A program made the position numbers and the translations under genes. From assembly GCA_036785375.1 (NCBI GenBank), contig JAWMAR010000245.1, positions 372,001-436,000 on the forward strand: a stretch of DNA of 64,000 bases, read 5' to 3'. This document shows positions 25,669 through 37,783 of the stretch, piece after piece (positions within the stretch are counted from its first letter, which is position 1; every line of letters starts with the position of its first letter). Source of the stretch: Leucoraja ocellata. Taxonomy: Eukaryota. The notes beneath the pieces are model-generated. The model ran no database searches, was not told where the DNA came from, and saw nothing but the letters and a program-made list of their open reading frames with translations.

Positions 25669-27407
25669 CTTTCTAGTTAGAAGATATTTTGTAATGTTTA
25701 CTGTAATTATCCTCATCCTGAAAAACAGAAGTAATTCAAATCTAATTTCACAAGTGCATCAATTATAGGTGATTGAAGATTTGAACGAGGTACATTTTCT
25801 AAAATTCCCAAGTGAATCAGTTGGCTAAAATTTGTTTGCCATTCTCATGATGACATTTTTGAGTCTCCTGATGTAGAGACCCAAATGGATAAGAATTACA
25901 CATTTACTTCCCTTAAGACCATTAGAGATCCAAATTGTGTCAGATATTAAATGACTATTAAACAAATGAAAATAATGGTTCATTTTGAGATCTAAGTGCA
26001 GTTAGTCATCAAAAACTATATAGTCTTCCTTTTTCAATTCTTGTAGCTTAATGTTCAAATAAAGATGTGATAATATCCTGTAAAGCAGATTGTGACATAA
26101 CCCACCAAAAGGTGACCGTGGCTTAGTTACTTTTACTTTGCAGTTCAATGGAAATGTTGTATTAGAGTATTAATTGTCACTTTTATAATTTGTTCTCAAT
26201 TTTTTAATCTCAAATATTTATTAATCTATTTCACATAATTCATATTGACCTATTTTTGAAAAGGTTTTGTTTAAACTATAATATTAAAGTTTTTACGATG
26301 AGTCTTGGTCAAATATTATAAACACATGAAAATAACCTGCATGTTCCAATTGAATTGCCATTTTTTATGATAAAACTCAAACCATGATAGATTATGGTAA
26401 GACAGGTTATAAACAGCCTATTAAACCACAAATACATTGTTACCTGATGTTTTGGGTTATACCATAAATGTACCCCTGGCATTTTACAGCCATTGCAAAT
26501 CTCAAAGAAAACTAAATTCAGGAGTATTTATTAAAATGGTGGCTGAAAAATTCCAGACTTTGGGGGCGGGCAAGGATTTGTGGGAGGAACTTCGCTAAAG
26601 TTTTTCATTTTCAAAAGGCAGATTTGACCGAGTTAACAAGTTTTTTTTTTAATGTACCAATATATGTTCTTAGAAATAGAATGCGGTGATTTATTAAAAT
26701 CCAGCAAAATATCCTATTTTAAAATGATAAAAGAATAAGTGAACCTCAATAATTCAAATTATCACTTAAAAACAAAAGAAACGATGTTGAAATGCCATGT
26801 ACCCACAGCAACTTGGAAAACTTACTCCCCAAACCAATTTAATTTTCTTAAAAGTATGGCCCAGTCAATCTAGGAGCAACCTTGCTCCCTTCTGCTTGAG
26901 AAACTGATTCGAAGCGCATTCAGAAATGGACAGGAATGCTTTAAAAAAAAAAACCCAAAAACTCCAGCATGGGCAGGGAGGCCGCGGATCCCGGGGGAGC
27001 CGCACACTGAGCTATTTGGTATGCATGAGTGGGCCGGTAGAAAAGACCAGCGCTGTGGCTTCTTAACTTTACTCAACAATGCAGCGCCAGCACCGGGCTC
27101 GCCCTGCCCGACAACTTCCCTGCTGCTGCTTCCTCCTCCCCCTCCCCCTCCCCCTCCCCTTCAGTAAAATGCGCCAGAAAGTCGCAGCACACGGTGCCGT
27201 CAATGTAGAGAGCGAGAGAGAGCAAGACCATCCGGGTGAAGAGGAAACCTGGCCGGTGCTGCGCTCCACAAAGCTGCCCTCGTCACTGACAAGGCGCCAT
27301 TGGCCCACTTCCACCACCGTACTTTTTCAAAATGATCACACATACACACAATGGGGGCACTGACACTTGTCTTTTTTTTTCCAAAACATACTTCATATTT
27401 TCCCGTC

Positions 27408-27413
27408 TTTATT
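27408..27413 (-). terminator. Probable FBXL14 polyadenylation signal (AATAAA)
   Basis: TTTATT on + about 920 nt past the stop codon, at the end of a TE-free AT-rich 3' UTR-like stretch. Confidence 0.55.
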
Positions 27414-28332
27414 ATATAAATATCAGCTTTTAACGTTTACTGTAAGAATATAAAACGTTTAAGTATCATTTACAAATTCACATACAGTACAATTCAAATA
27501 TAGGTTGATCAGCAGGATATTTTTGTTTTCCTCTCTTTTTCCTTCAGCAACTACCTGTCTCTGCATCATGGCCCTTTTTACAGGCAAATCAGTCCTCGGG
27601 AATTGATGCGTTTTTCTCTTGACGAGCTCCCCCCTATTTAAGGTAGACTAGGCTTTCATAATTTCACAAAAGGGGGGAAAAAAGCCCCCCCCCCCCCCAC
27701 AACTGGCGCAGAATGTCGATCAAAAAATAAGCCAGCACAGCTGCCAGATCAAGGCGTCTAGAATCCAAATTCAGTCCTTTTCCTTTGCATAAAACTATAG
27801 TTCGCGATTCTGACTTGGGTGCAGCCAAGACTGCAAAAACCAGCCTCGTGTGCTTCAGAAATTTCTTGTAAAAATGTTGCCGGCCAACTTATTTTCATCG
27901 AATATCTTTTGTTTTGTTCAAATCCAAAAAGGGTAGTAAAACCAACCAGCGAGGAGGGGCAACGTTTGCCTAGGCATATTTTACTGTTAAACTCCTCAAT
28001 TTCAGGGCACAAAAAAAAACGAGGTAGCCTTGAATGTGTCTATCAGCAATATGCATACCATCTACAAAACAAAAAAAGTATGAACCAGTTTCCATAAACA
28101 AATGTAACCAGTGTCAGAATTACTTCGTTATGAAAACTATGTTGAAGGATGGGAATACTGCAACTTATTTGATAGCACAGTGTGGAAAGAATGTCTTGCA
28201 AGTTACAACAGAACAATCACCTTTTTTTGTTTTGTCGTTTTTGAGTCAATTTTTTGGAGAGAAAAAAACCCAATACTCTTGTTTTGACAGCAATGGCGAT
28301 AATTATTAAGCATTTTTAAGGAAAAAAAATGT

Positions 28333-29535
28333 TCACCTCACTTTTTCACTTTCAGTCATCTGCCAGAGTCCCAAGTTAAGAACTTTAAGGCAGGGCAATT
28401 GCGTAATTCTTTCCAAACCCCTTTTGGTGATTTTTGTGCAGCCATAGAGATCAATGCCAGTCAGCTGGGTCAAATGGTCAGCTATGAGCTCCAGTCCTTT
28501 GTCTGTAATCCGCACACACTGGCCGATATTTAGGGTCCTTAATTCGTGCATCTGCCGGGCCATTTTGTTGATGCCGTCATCACTTATGTGGCAGGAGCAA
28601 AGGGAAAGCGATTTGAGTTGATATAAGCCTTGCGCGATATAAGCCAGGCTCTGGTCGCCTATCTTATCGCAGAAGGAAACGTCCAACCCACTCAGTCTCA
28701 AGCTACCCATGGCCAAATGCATGATGCCGGTGTCGCTGATGTTGTCACAGGACCTTAGGTTGAGACTCCACAAACTCGTCATGTGTGAAAGATGCAGCAT
28801 ACCCGCGTCTGAAATCCCACCGCAGAAACTCAAGTTGAGCACCTTGAGTTTGGTCAGGCCTTTGGAGATGTGTTTTAAGGAGAGATCGGATAGTTTCTGG
28901 CAGTCTTGTAAAGTCAGATATTCCAGGTTTAAGCAGCCTTCCGCAGCGCTTCTAGTCATGCCTGCCAAATGGCCGATCCCTACATCCGAAACATGCCGGC
29001 AACTCCTCAGATTCAGGCTCTTTAGTCTGTGCAAGCCCCAGGCAATCAACAGAAGGCCTGTGTTGGTGATATTGCTGCAGCCGCCCAGCTCCAGCACCTC
29101 CAGATTCTTGAGATATTGTGCGATCCTCCCCAGGCTACTGTCCGTGATCTGTTTGCAGAGGCTCAGGTTTAGCACGTTCAGGGACGGGATCTCTTGGACG
29201 AAAGCGTGCCCCAGGCCGATGTCCGTCAAGTTGTAGCAGCCGCTGAGGTTCAGGCTCTCGATGTTGGGCATGCCTTGGATCACATAGCTGAGGCTGCGGC
29301 GCAGGCTGAGGATCTGCACCCGCCTGATACCCCGTGCCTGCAGACTGGGGAACAGGGACGGGTTGGCTCTCCTCAAATGCAACTTGGCTTCGACCCCTCT
29401 CCAGACGGATTTGTGGTAGGCAGCGTCCCTCCAAGCCGCGCACACTTGCGCCGCCCGCCCTTTGTCCCGGACGTCCAGGTAGCTGAAGATCATGGCTAGG
29501 ATCTCGGGGAAGAGACACGAGATGTGCGTCTCCAT
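28333..29535 (-). CDS. FBXL14: F-box/leucine-rich-repeat protein 14, single coding exon, 400 aa
   Basis: ORF METHISCLFPEILAMIFSYLDVRDKGRAAQVC... (F-box), then cysteine-containing LRRs, ending GLWQMTESEKVR*. This matches vertebrate FBXL14 as I recall it. ATG at 29535 gives 1203 nt; the ORF track's GTG start at 29673 is an in-frame upstream stretch. Confidence 0.97.
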   Translation of the reverse strand: METHISCLFPEILAMIFSYLDVRDKGRAAQVCAAWRDAAYHKSVWRGVEAKLHLRRANPSLFPSLQARGIRRVQILSLRRSLSYVIQGMPNIESLNLSGCYNLTDIGLGHAFVQEIPSLNVLNLSLCKQITDSSLGRIAQYLKNLEVLELGGCSNITNTGLLLIAWGLHRLKSLNLRSCRHVSDVGIGHLAGMTRSAAEGCLNLEYLTLQDCQKLSDLSLKHISKGLTKLKVLNLSFCGGISDAGMLHLSHMTSLWSLNLRSCDNISDTGIMHLAMGSLRLSGLDVSFCDKIGDQSLAYIAQGLYQLKSLSLCSCHISDDGINKMARQMHELRTLNIGQCVRITDKGLELIADHLTQLTGIDLYGCTKITKRGLERITQLPCLKVLNLGLWQMTESEKVR

Positions 29536-30220
29536 GTTGCGGCGCTGCTTTCCCCCCACCCCTCCCCTCCCCCGGCCCCCCTCTCGCCTTTCTCCCCGCT
29601 CTCCCTCTCCCTCTCCCTCTCTCGCTGCCGCCTCCGCCAATCGATCAGCTCGCGATCCGGGGCCGCGCGTCACGTGACCCGCCCGGCTTGCGCAGTCGGC
29701 CGCGAGCAGCCGGCGCCGGCGGTTGGGCGCGAAGCCGGCTCCGTCACGCGGGGGCCCTCGAGCCGCCGACGTCCGACTTAACCTCGCATTACTTCAAAAA
29801 AAAAAACAACCCCCAACAAAATCTTCCCCCCTCTCTCTCCTTGCTCGCAGACTTGTGCTTCTTGGCTTCAATTAGCGCCGCCCTCCATCAGAGCTCGCAT
29901 CCCTCGCTCTCTCTCTCCTGCCCGGGGCCTTCCTGCGGCCTTTGTCTGATCTTTTCAAAAACCTCCACTTGGCAGGCGCGCAGCATTTTCCATTGCGGGG
30001 GTGTCCCCCGGAAATTAGAAACAGAAAAGAAACGCGCTGCCAGAACTCAAACCTCATGTTTTCGCCTAGGCACAGTCAGGATTATTAATACCCGGCCATG
30101 TACTGGTGCGAGGAGAAGAGAGAATAAAAAGGTTTTGAGGGGCGAGAACGTGGCGTGGAGCTCTCGGACTCCCCCGCGGTTGAGTTCGCCATTGGTCTCG
30201 CTCGGATGGAACGGTAAGGA
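29400..30220. promoter_or_regulatory. CpG island / FBXL14 promoter and 5' UTR
   Basis: Very GC- and CpG-rich relative to AT-rich flanks. Perfect palindrome GTCACGTGAC (E-box) at 29669-29678; GA-rich 5' UTR on the minus strand. Confidence 0.85.
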
Positions 30221-33200
30221 CAGTTCCCTAGGTAACCAAGTTCTTACAACCCGGTTCACTTTACATTAACTCCTTAGCTACTTGCCCACAGAACAATCCT
30301 CCACCTGCCAAATCACCAGGATTTAATTACATGAATTTCCCAAAATTATTCAATTTCGACTGTGCATAGTCAAAATTTTGCATTCAATTATTTTGAACCC
30401 ATTAAAAAAAAAGAATTGGCGCATTCCTAAGTGTTGGAATGGCATGCTCGCACTCTGCAAAAAAATTTGCATTTGCAAATCATCCGCATACTTATGCTTT
30501 TCTACATTTTTATAATAATAGCAATTTTTTTTTCCGCAGTGACCACATAACATTTTAATCTAGCACCAATTTTCAGCCTTTCGCTTTCCAAATTGAAGTC
30601 TGATTTTAAAAAGCATAGATTTGCATAACTACTGATGGAAATGAAGTTTGAATTTTGTTTGGATTTTGCAGAGCAAAACTCATACGTAAACCCTAAATTT
30701 TAGGTTCATTTTATTTCCCCAATTATTTAAACTGCTAATTGTATTAGAGGTTTGTGTTCCATCAGTTAATGTTATGTAATCTCTTCAACTTGTACCATGT
30801 ACTTGAACATGACTACCAGATCGCACAATAGCCCCATCTTTAGCATTTGAAAAAAACGGCGCCACCGTTCCTTAACATTGGTCAATAAAAAAAATAAAAC
30901 ACTTTGGGGTGGCGACGAACAGATTGTCAAGGAGGATCGTCTAACATCAAAGAGTTAATTTAAAAGAATAGCGGTGGAAAGAGGCCTTTAAAGGTAGGGA
31001 ACAGGGGAGGAGACTGAAACCAGTGTGAGATTGCCTCTCGTGGCGCATGTTCCAATTGGCCTCAGGACGGAATAGTAGTGAGAAGTGAGAATTTTTGTTT
31101 AGTCAAAGCGCTAGTCTAAATACAAATGATGCAGTCACGAAGATGAATAATGCATGTTCTCTGATCATTTCGAGTACATTCTTGTCAATTAGTTCCATAT
31201 ACATCAGTGACAATAAAATTGGTGGCACACAGTTGCTAACACATTGTGCGCAAAAGGCCTAGTAAATGATTCCAGAGAATGGGCTGTTTTTGTGACTACA
31301 GGGTTTTTGTCAAGAAGATAGTGGGATTCAAAAAATAAGTTTCTTGATCTTGATATTTTTGTTGCTTAAAATAGGTGTAACTTAGTCCGAACGACGATGA
31401 GTAGCTTTGCAGAAAAGAACAAAGTTACAGGTTTGAGTTAAATGAAAAATAATGCTTTCCCATGATTTTCAGAATGCTGAATGCAAGTATATTATTTTCA
31501 CGCAGTGAATAGAGTTCTTCCCCTCTCTAATTCCCCTGCTGTGGGGGAAGGCGAGGCACATCTGTTCGTATATGGTATTGTTGGCTGTTGGAAGAAACCA
31601 CACCTCATCATTTCTGTCTTCCTGTCTCCCGAAGTTGTTTCTCTTTAATGGGAACAGACAATAGACTGCCCCCTCTCGGTTGGTCTGGTTAAGCAATAGC
31701 TCCAACTACCACGCATTGCAAGAACAATATTTCCACAGTATCACAGAGAAGAAGTGGATGTTAAGATTGTAATAATAGTGAAATATTGAAAATTTCTCAA
31801 ATGTAAAGTCAAAACTGTTTAGCATTTTATCTGTTACTGTAAAATAATAGGAAATTCTCTGTACTCAGACTTTAAAAAGGAGCTCATCATTTGAGAATAG
31901 AAATAAGAATTATCGATTTTCTGTTATTAAAAAATACTTCTCCATTGGAAATACTTGGTTATTTAGCAACTCTTTATTTGCTGTTTGAAATAAAATGTTA
32001 GTGTAAAGACATTTGTTAGAATTATGTTAGAGTTAGTACAGGCAACACAATCCACCCAGGCCATATTGAAAGTAAAATGGCTCCCCGATTGTAGTCAAGT
32101 TCCCATAAGAAATATGAAAATATATATATCAAGTCTTCACAAGCTGTATAACTGCATCTCATTGTCTTGTGACTTAGCTGGTAAATATGATACTTGGTTG
32201 TGATGTTCCATTTTCTTGTTTATTCCAATGTTCATTGTCCCCTTGGTATAGGGAAGATATAAAATCATCAGTCTTCGTCAGAATCTTTGTAATTCTCTTA
32301 CCCCTGAAGGTGAAAGAAGTCAGATCATTGGATGTATTTAAGGCAGAGATAGGTAAATATTTGAAAGAAGGAATTGCAGGTTATACACATGGAGAAGTCA
32401 AAGGCCAAATAGTTCAGCCATGACAGTATTGAATGGTGGCGCAGGCTTGAAGGGCCAAGTGGCCTACAGTTCCATTATTCATGTGTTCCCAATCATTGTT
32501 GGTAATTTCTACAGCAAAATATTTTATGTGGCTACCATGAGTATGATTACATTCTTTGGTCCGGCTCATGTGATATTTGGCCACTTTGATTCAGTACCAG
32601 GCATCTATTGTTGAGGGATCATTACGCTGACTTGAATTGCTTTATCGAAGAGAGGTCTTGAAGAGTAATTGGAAAAACAGTCAAAGGGAATTAGCCAAAT
32701 ATATTTTCCAGATATCTTTTGGAATATTTAGTTTCTTGAGGATGCAATAATCACCTTTTTACTTCACAGTAGTACCGGTACCTCTATAGAAAATTGAGCT
32801 TGTGAAAGGAGCTATCTTGACATCAGATTCACAAGTGAGCCCTGATTTTCTTTCCTTTTTTTTGTGTTTCTCAGGAATGGTGAATGCCAAGACCAACCAG
32901 GGAAAGTGACTTTTGCCTTTTTTTCCACTCCTGCGTATTCTAGTCTAGTCCATAGTCTAATAGGCTAATAGTTGTGCCCTCTTATTGCACTAATCGGACC
33001 AGTTAATTCATTTAAAAAAATCAGGAATTGAAATTGAAGTATTATTAGTCTGTACTTTTTTTTTTTACAAACTCGCATCACTCCAATAGTTCAGATGCCA
33101 GATCCATGATAGGCTATGGCTATGGTTTGTAGTTATTTAAACTTTACTGAGTTTACTGAGAATATTCACACATAATTTTATATGCATTTACTTAAAACAG

Positions 33201-34343
33201 TTGTATCATTACAAAATATTGGTGATGTAATATGTACATTTCCTTTAATAAAATGGACTGAGTACATTACAATCTAATATTTTTCTAACATTGCGAGGAT
33301 GGATTTACATTACTTTTCAAATTGTAGCCATTGTTGTAATTCAGTGACTTTAAAGTGTCTTGGGATGCATTGTGGTCATAAATGTGCCACTTAACCAATT
33401 CTCTTATTCCTGCTGTCTGGAAAGTAAGGAAGGCTTGATAGTTATACTGTGCAAATCTATGGCGTGGAAAGAAAGGAAGAAAGAGCAAGCTAATTAATAA
33501 TCCTTAATTTGTATGTTGCTAATTTTGGCTGGACTATTGGGAAGGCACAGAAGGTATGATGTAACCAACAGTTAAATCATCTAAAAATACAACTTTTGTT
33601 TGCCTTTCTCTTTTCCAGGTTTCTCCCCTCTACTACAGTTACTCTGAAGCAGGGTTCCGACCCAAAACCTCACCTATCCATGTCTTCCAAAGATGCTGCC
33701 TGACTCACTTTGTGTTTTGTTTGTAAACCAGTATTTGCGGTTCCTCGTGTCTACAAAACCAACCGGGTGACATTGCTCTCCATTGGGAATGCCATTGGTG
33801 GGGTTACAGTTAATAGTTCCTTAGTTGCCTTAAAATTTCTTTATAGAATGTTGATGGCTGGTACTCATGTTATAGAAATGTTACTTGCCCTAGAAAGCAT
33901 AAACCTAGATGTTGTTGGACCCTTCTAAAGGCCTAAACCAGCTACTGCTTGAATTATAAGTAGAGCTGAAAATTTGTCATAAATAAATAGTTCCACACCT
34001 GGCATTCGGGCAAAAGAAAATCTATGGATTAGTTAGGCAAAAGTGGTTGAACTAAGGGATCCTATCAGGAAAGACAGTTGCAACATTGCCCTGGGGTTAT
34101 GATGATAAATTGGCCTCCATCAATTAGAATTATCTTCCCCATATTGCATCAACCTCAATTTTGCTGGCACGTCTTGGTGCTTTAATCACTCAATTGGCAT
34201 CATAATGTTGATGGTAGTTAGAACTTTAGTCCAAGAAGGTGGATGACAGAATCAAAGAAATCGTAAACCTGAAGGTGATCAATGAGTTCTGAAGAAAGGT
34301 CATTGACTTGAAATGTTAGGTCAGATCGTGCTGAATCCTGATT

Positions 34344-34633
34344 TTGGGGGAGTCCAGAACCAGGGGCCACAGTTTAAGAATAAGGGGTAAGCCATTTAGA
34401 ATGGAGATGAGGAAACACTTTTTCACTGTAGAATTCTCTGCCTCAGAGGGCGGTGGAGGTCGGTTCTCTGGATACTTTCAAGAGAGAGATAGATAGGGCT
34501 CTTGAAGATAGTGCAGTCAGGGGGATATGGGGAGAAGGCAGGAACAGGGTACCGATTGTGGATGGTCAGCCATGATCACATTGAATGGCGGTCTGGCTTG
34601 AAGGGCTGAATGGCCTACGATTGTACCTATTGT
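34344..34633 (+). mobile_element. CR1 3' fragment
   Basis: GESRTRGHSLRIRG and the CR1 3' UTR. Confidence 0.85.
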
Positions 34634-37385
34634 TTAATAATCATTTTTTCCACTTACCTTGAATTAATGGCATCTGGATTGTTAGTTCAATATTGCAGTG
34701 ATTATACTACTGTTAGAGCATTCATAATGGCAGATTGATGATAGTGTTGGCTTAGGTACAAACACATATTGAAACGGTACATATATATATTGCTCGGGAA
34801 TCTTCCATTCCAAAGGTTGATGGTCTGCATCTTGCTCATCACTTTGTTAAACATTGTCTGATGTGCACAAGGGCTCACTTTGTTACGGCAATTTCTGCCA
34901 GACGTACTGCAAGGGAAGACAATGCTGAGCAGTTTTGCTGAATATAGTTTTCTCAAACCCTCTAAGAGAGCTGAGTTTTCCATTTATTTTCTCTCCTGAA
35001 TACTCCTTCACCATCCTGAATAATCGGATCTAAAAGGTTCTAACCTTTGGGGACTTTGAGCAAGACTTTGGTTGTGGCAGCTTTGGCCATTTAGTTTCAC
35101 ACCAATCTACAGCAAAGCTCTTTGAGATCCTCTCCTCATGCTCCTCCGCTTCCCATTTGGCTGTGGGAAGGACTTGATCAAAGTGCTACTTCTTCACACC
35201 CATTTCCTCCCAACAGCCAGTTCCGATGAAGAGATCCAGACCCGAACTGTTAACCATTTTTCTTTCTATAGATGTTGCCTGACCCACTAAATCTTTCCAG
35301 CATTTACTACTTTTATTTCATATTTTTAGCATCTGCATGTTTTGATTTTCCAAATGATATAGGAGTCTGCAGAAGAGGACTTTGTGACTAACACTAGTTA
35401 GACAAGACTATGCATATGGCTGCGTCACTCATTATTAGAGAGTTCTGTTTCATTTATTTTCTAATTTAGAGTATTTATGGTTAATGACTAGCAAGCATTC
35501 TTTTAGATATTGCAAAATAGTGAGATTATGGATTAATGCCAAGATGTGAGCTCAGCCAGGCATGTTTTTCTGTTTTGCGAACTGTTTGTTGTTGCCAAAG
35601 GAAAGATATAAAGACATGAGACACTAGAAACTATAGCTGGAATTTTTAGCAAAACATACAATGGTGGAGGAACTCAACGGAGGGAAAGGACAGGATCTGC
35701 AGAGGGACTGGACAGTCAACATTTTGGTTCGGGACTGAATGTTTTCTAGATGTCAAATGCATGGATTCCCAGCTAAATGATTCTCATAAGATCCTAATTT
35801 GGAATGGACAATAGGCAGGTTGATGGAGTGGAATCCTTCCACTTTCACAAGCACTGCTGGATTGCCTTTTAAAGTACATATGAAGTTGAAAATACCCCTT
35901 AGCTGAAGAAAATCACCAAAGCCACAATCCAGACATCTGTTCATTCTGACTGACCTTGCCAATAGCAAAGATACGTCCTTTATGGACATTGAAGTGTCAA
36001 GTCACCTTACTAATATGTCCTTCGTACCTCTACACTCTTTCCCTCAGTCTATTTTCATTCCTTCCATTCACTGCCTCCCTTATACCCTTTCTCTCCTCAA
36101 TTCTTCCTCTTCCTTCCTGCTCTACCTCCCGCCACCCATATCTCCCCCTTCCACCTCTCCTCCACTTCTCTCCATTTCCCTCCTTCCTTCAGAAGCTCAA
36201 GTTGATTAGCCCTGGTTTGAGTAGCTGGCTGTTAAAAGCTGGTGCATGGGATTTGTGAATTGTCGTGATGTTGGGTAGATCACGGAGGGCTTGCTTCGCA
36301 TTGCAGGGAAGGATTTTCAGATGCAGTTCCAGAAGTCCCTACTTGGAGGATGGCTGTATGTAAGTTTCAATTTATATTTGAGGTCATCTGTAAATTAACA
36401 ATGTTTGCTGCTGAGATCAAAATCAAATGTAACCAAACCAAATCATAATGTTATTCCTGGCCCAGGGCATGATCTTGGATGGAATGCTATTGTCATTCAA
36501 ACCTAGGTTTGAACGAAATTACATTTACTACAGTTTTACATTACAAAAAAAAACCTCAAGACCCACACTTAACACAGTTTACATAAACATCCATCACAGT
36601 GAGTCTCCAACACCTCCTCACTATGATGGAAGGCAAAGTCTTATCTCTTCCCTTTATTCTTCACCCACGATCCAACTGCAGCGTCAAGGCGAACTGGGGC
36701 TTACGGACAATGAAGAAGGAAACCAAATATAAAATGTGGCATGCTGTACCGATGTCCTACAGCCAATTGCAATGTATTTACTGGGTGCTTCATTCAGTGT
36801 GGAACTGATGGCAGCCCTACCTGTGTGTCCTGAAAAATAAGCCTCCTCATGAACCCTCTTCTCTGGACAGCTGCATCTATTGAGGAAGAGCCTGGTGCTG
36901 TTCCTGAGAGTGCTTTTCCTTGGACTTTATTCCCAGCTCCCCATCTTGTGTGTTTTTCTTACTATTGGCTTCTACATAACATAATGTCCTCAAAGTCCTT
37001 TTGTGGTTTTGCACTGGCCACAGTATTACAGTATGGCCATGGTGCAAAGAGCAATGAACTAGTAGACAGTTCCAAACTGTTGAAAATGAACAGCAAAGTT
37101 ACCAAAGATTTCTAAACAAACATTCAATACTAATTTCTGTGAAGGTAACCTTTCACGTGATCATTTAAGAAAGCGGGTATGACGCAGCATTTTCAGATTT
37201 GCATGTTAACCCATCAGTCTGATATCTCTGTGTTTAGTTTAGGGATTTCTCTGGTGATCTCCAGAAAAATTCTGCACCTTGAGCAAAACTCCTGTTAATA
37301 TTGCAGTAGGGAATAGTGGCACTGATGGTTAAATTACTGGGCTTTTAATCTCCTGGCCTGAGTTAAAACTACAGCAACACAAGTT

Positions 37386-37783
37386 TTTTTTTTTTGTTTT
37401 TGTTTATTTTATTAGAAGTTAATACAGCACAAAACAGTACAGTGGAACCTAATTTTAGGTGCCAACTATGTAATACCGTAATCCATTCTATGTACAACCT
37501 CTAGTTTTATGTTATAAGAAGGAAGTAAGCAGGACAAGAAAAAGAAAACAATAGAAAGGGGAAAAAGTGGAAAAATAGATGGTAGAGAGTAGAAAAACGT
37601 GAAGTGTGTAAATAAAAAAAAAAAAAAAGGAAGAGAGAAAGTGGAAAGTAGAAATAGAAGAGAAGGCCCCTTAAAAGAGAATTTTTCAAATCTGTATTCG
37701 GAGATGTAGATCTATCCGCGTCATGAACTGAAATCAGCAATCCTTACGGTACTGCTGCATCACATGATTCCAAAAAGTCGATC
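37386..37783 (-). mobile_element. 5'-truncated poly(A)-tailed L1/Tx1-like retroposon
   Basis: Poly(T) plus TTTATT at the left end. TSD CAGCAACACAAGTT at 37372-37385 and 37784-37797. The minus strand starts IDFLESCDAAVP*, resembling an ORF2 terminus (family assignment is inference). Confidence 0.75.

Noticed and set aside
1-27000. Expected ERC1 3' exons from synteny
   Set aside because: No ERC1-like coding sequence recognised on either strand.
28709-29518. Overlapping ORFs within FBXL14 (175, 127 and 101 aa)
   Set aside because: Shadow frames of a GC-rich coding sequence with no recognisable motifs.
29536-29673. 46-aa N-terminal extension of FBXL14 from GTG
   Set aside because: Low-complexity GA/GC-rich 5' UTR; orthologues start at METHIS and the ATG context (AACATGG) is strong.
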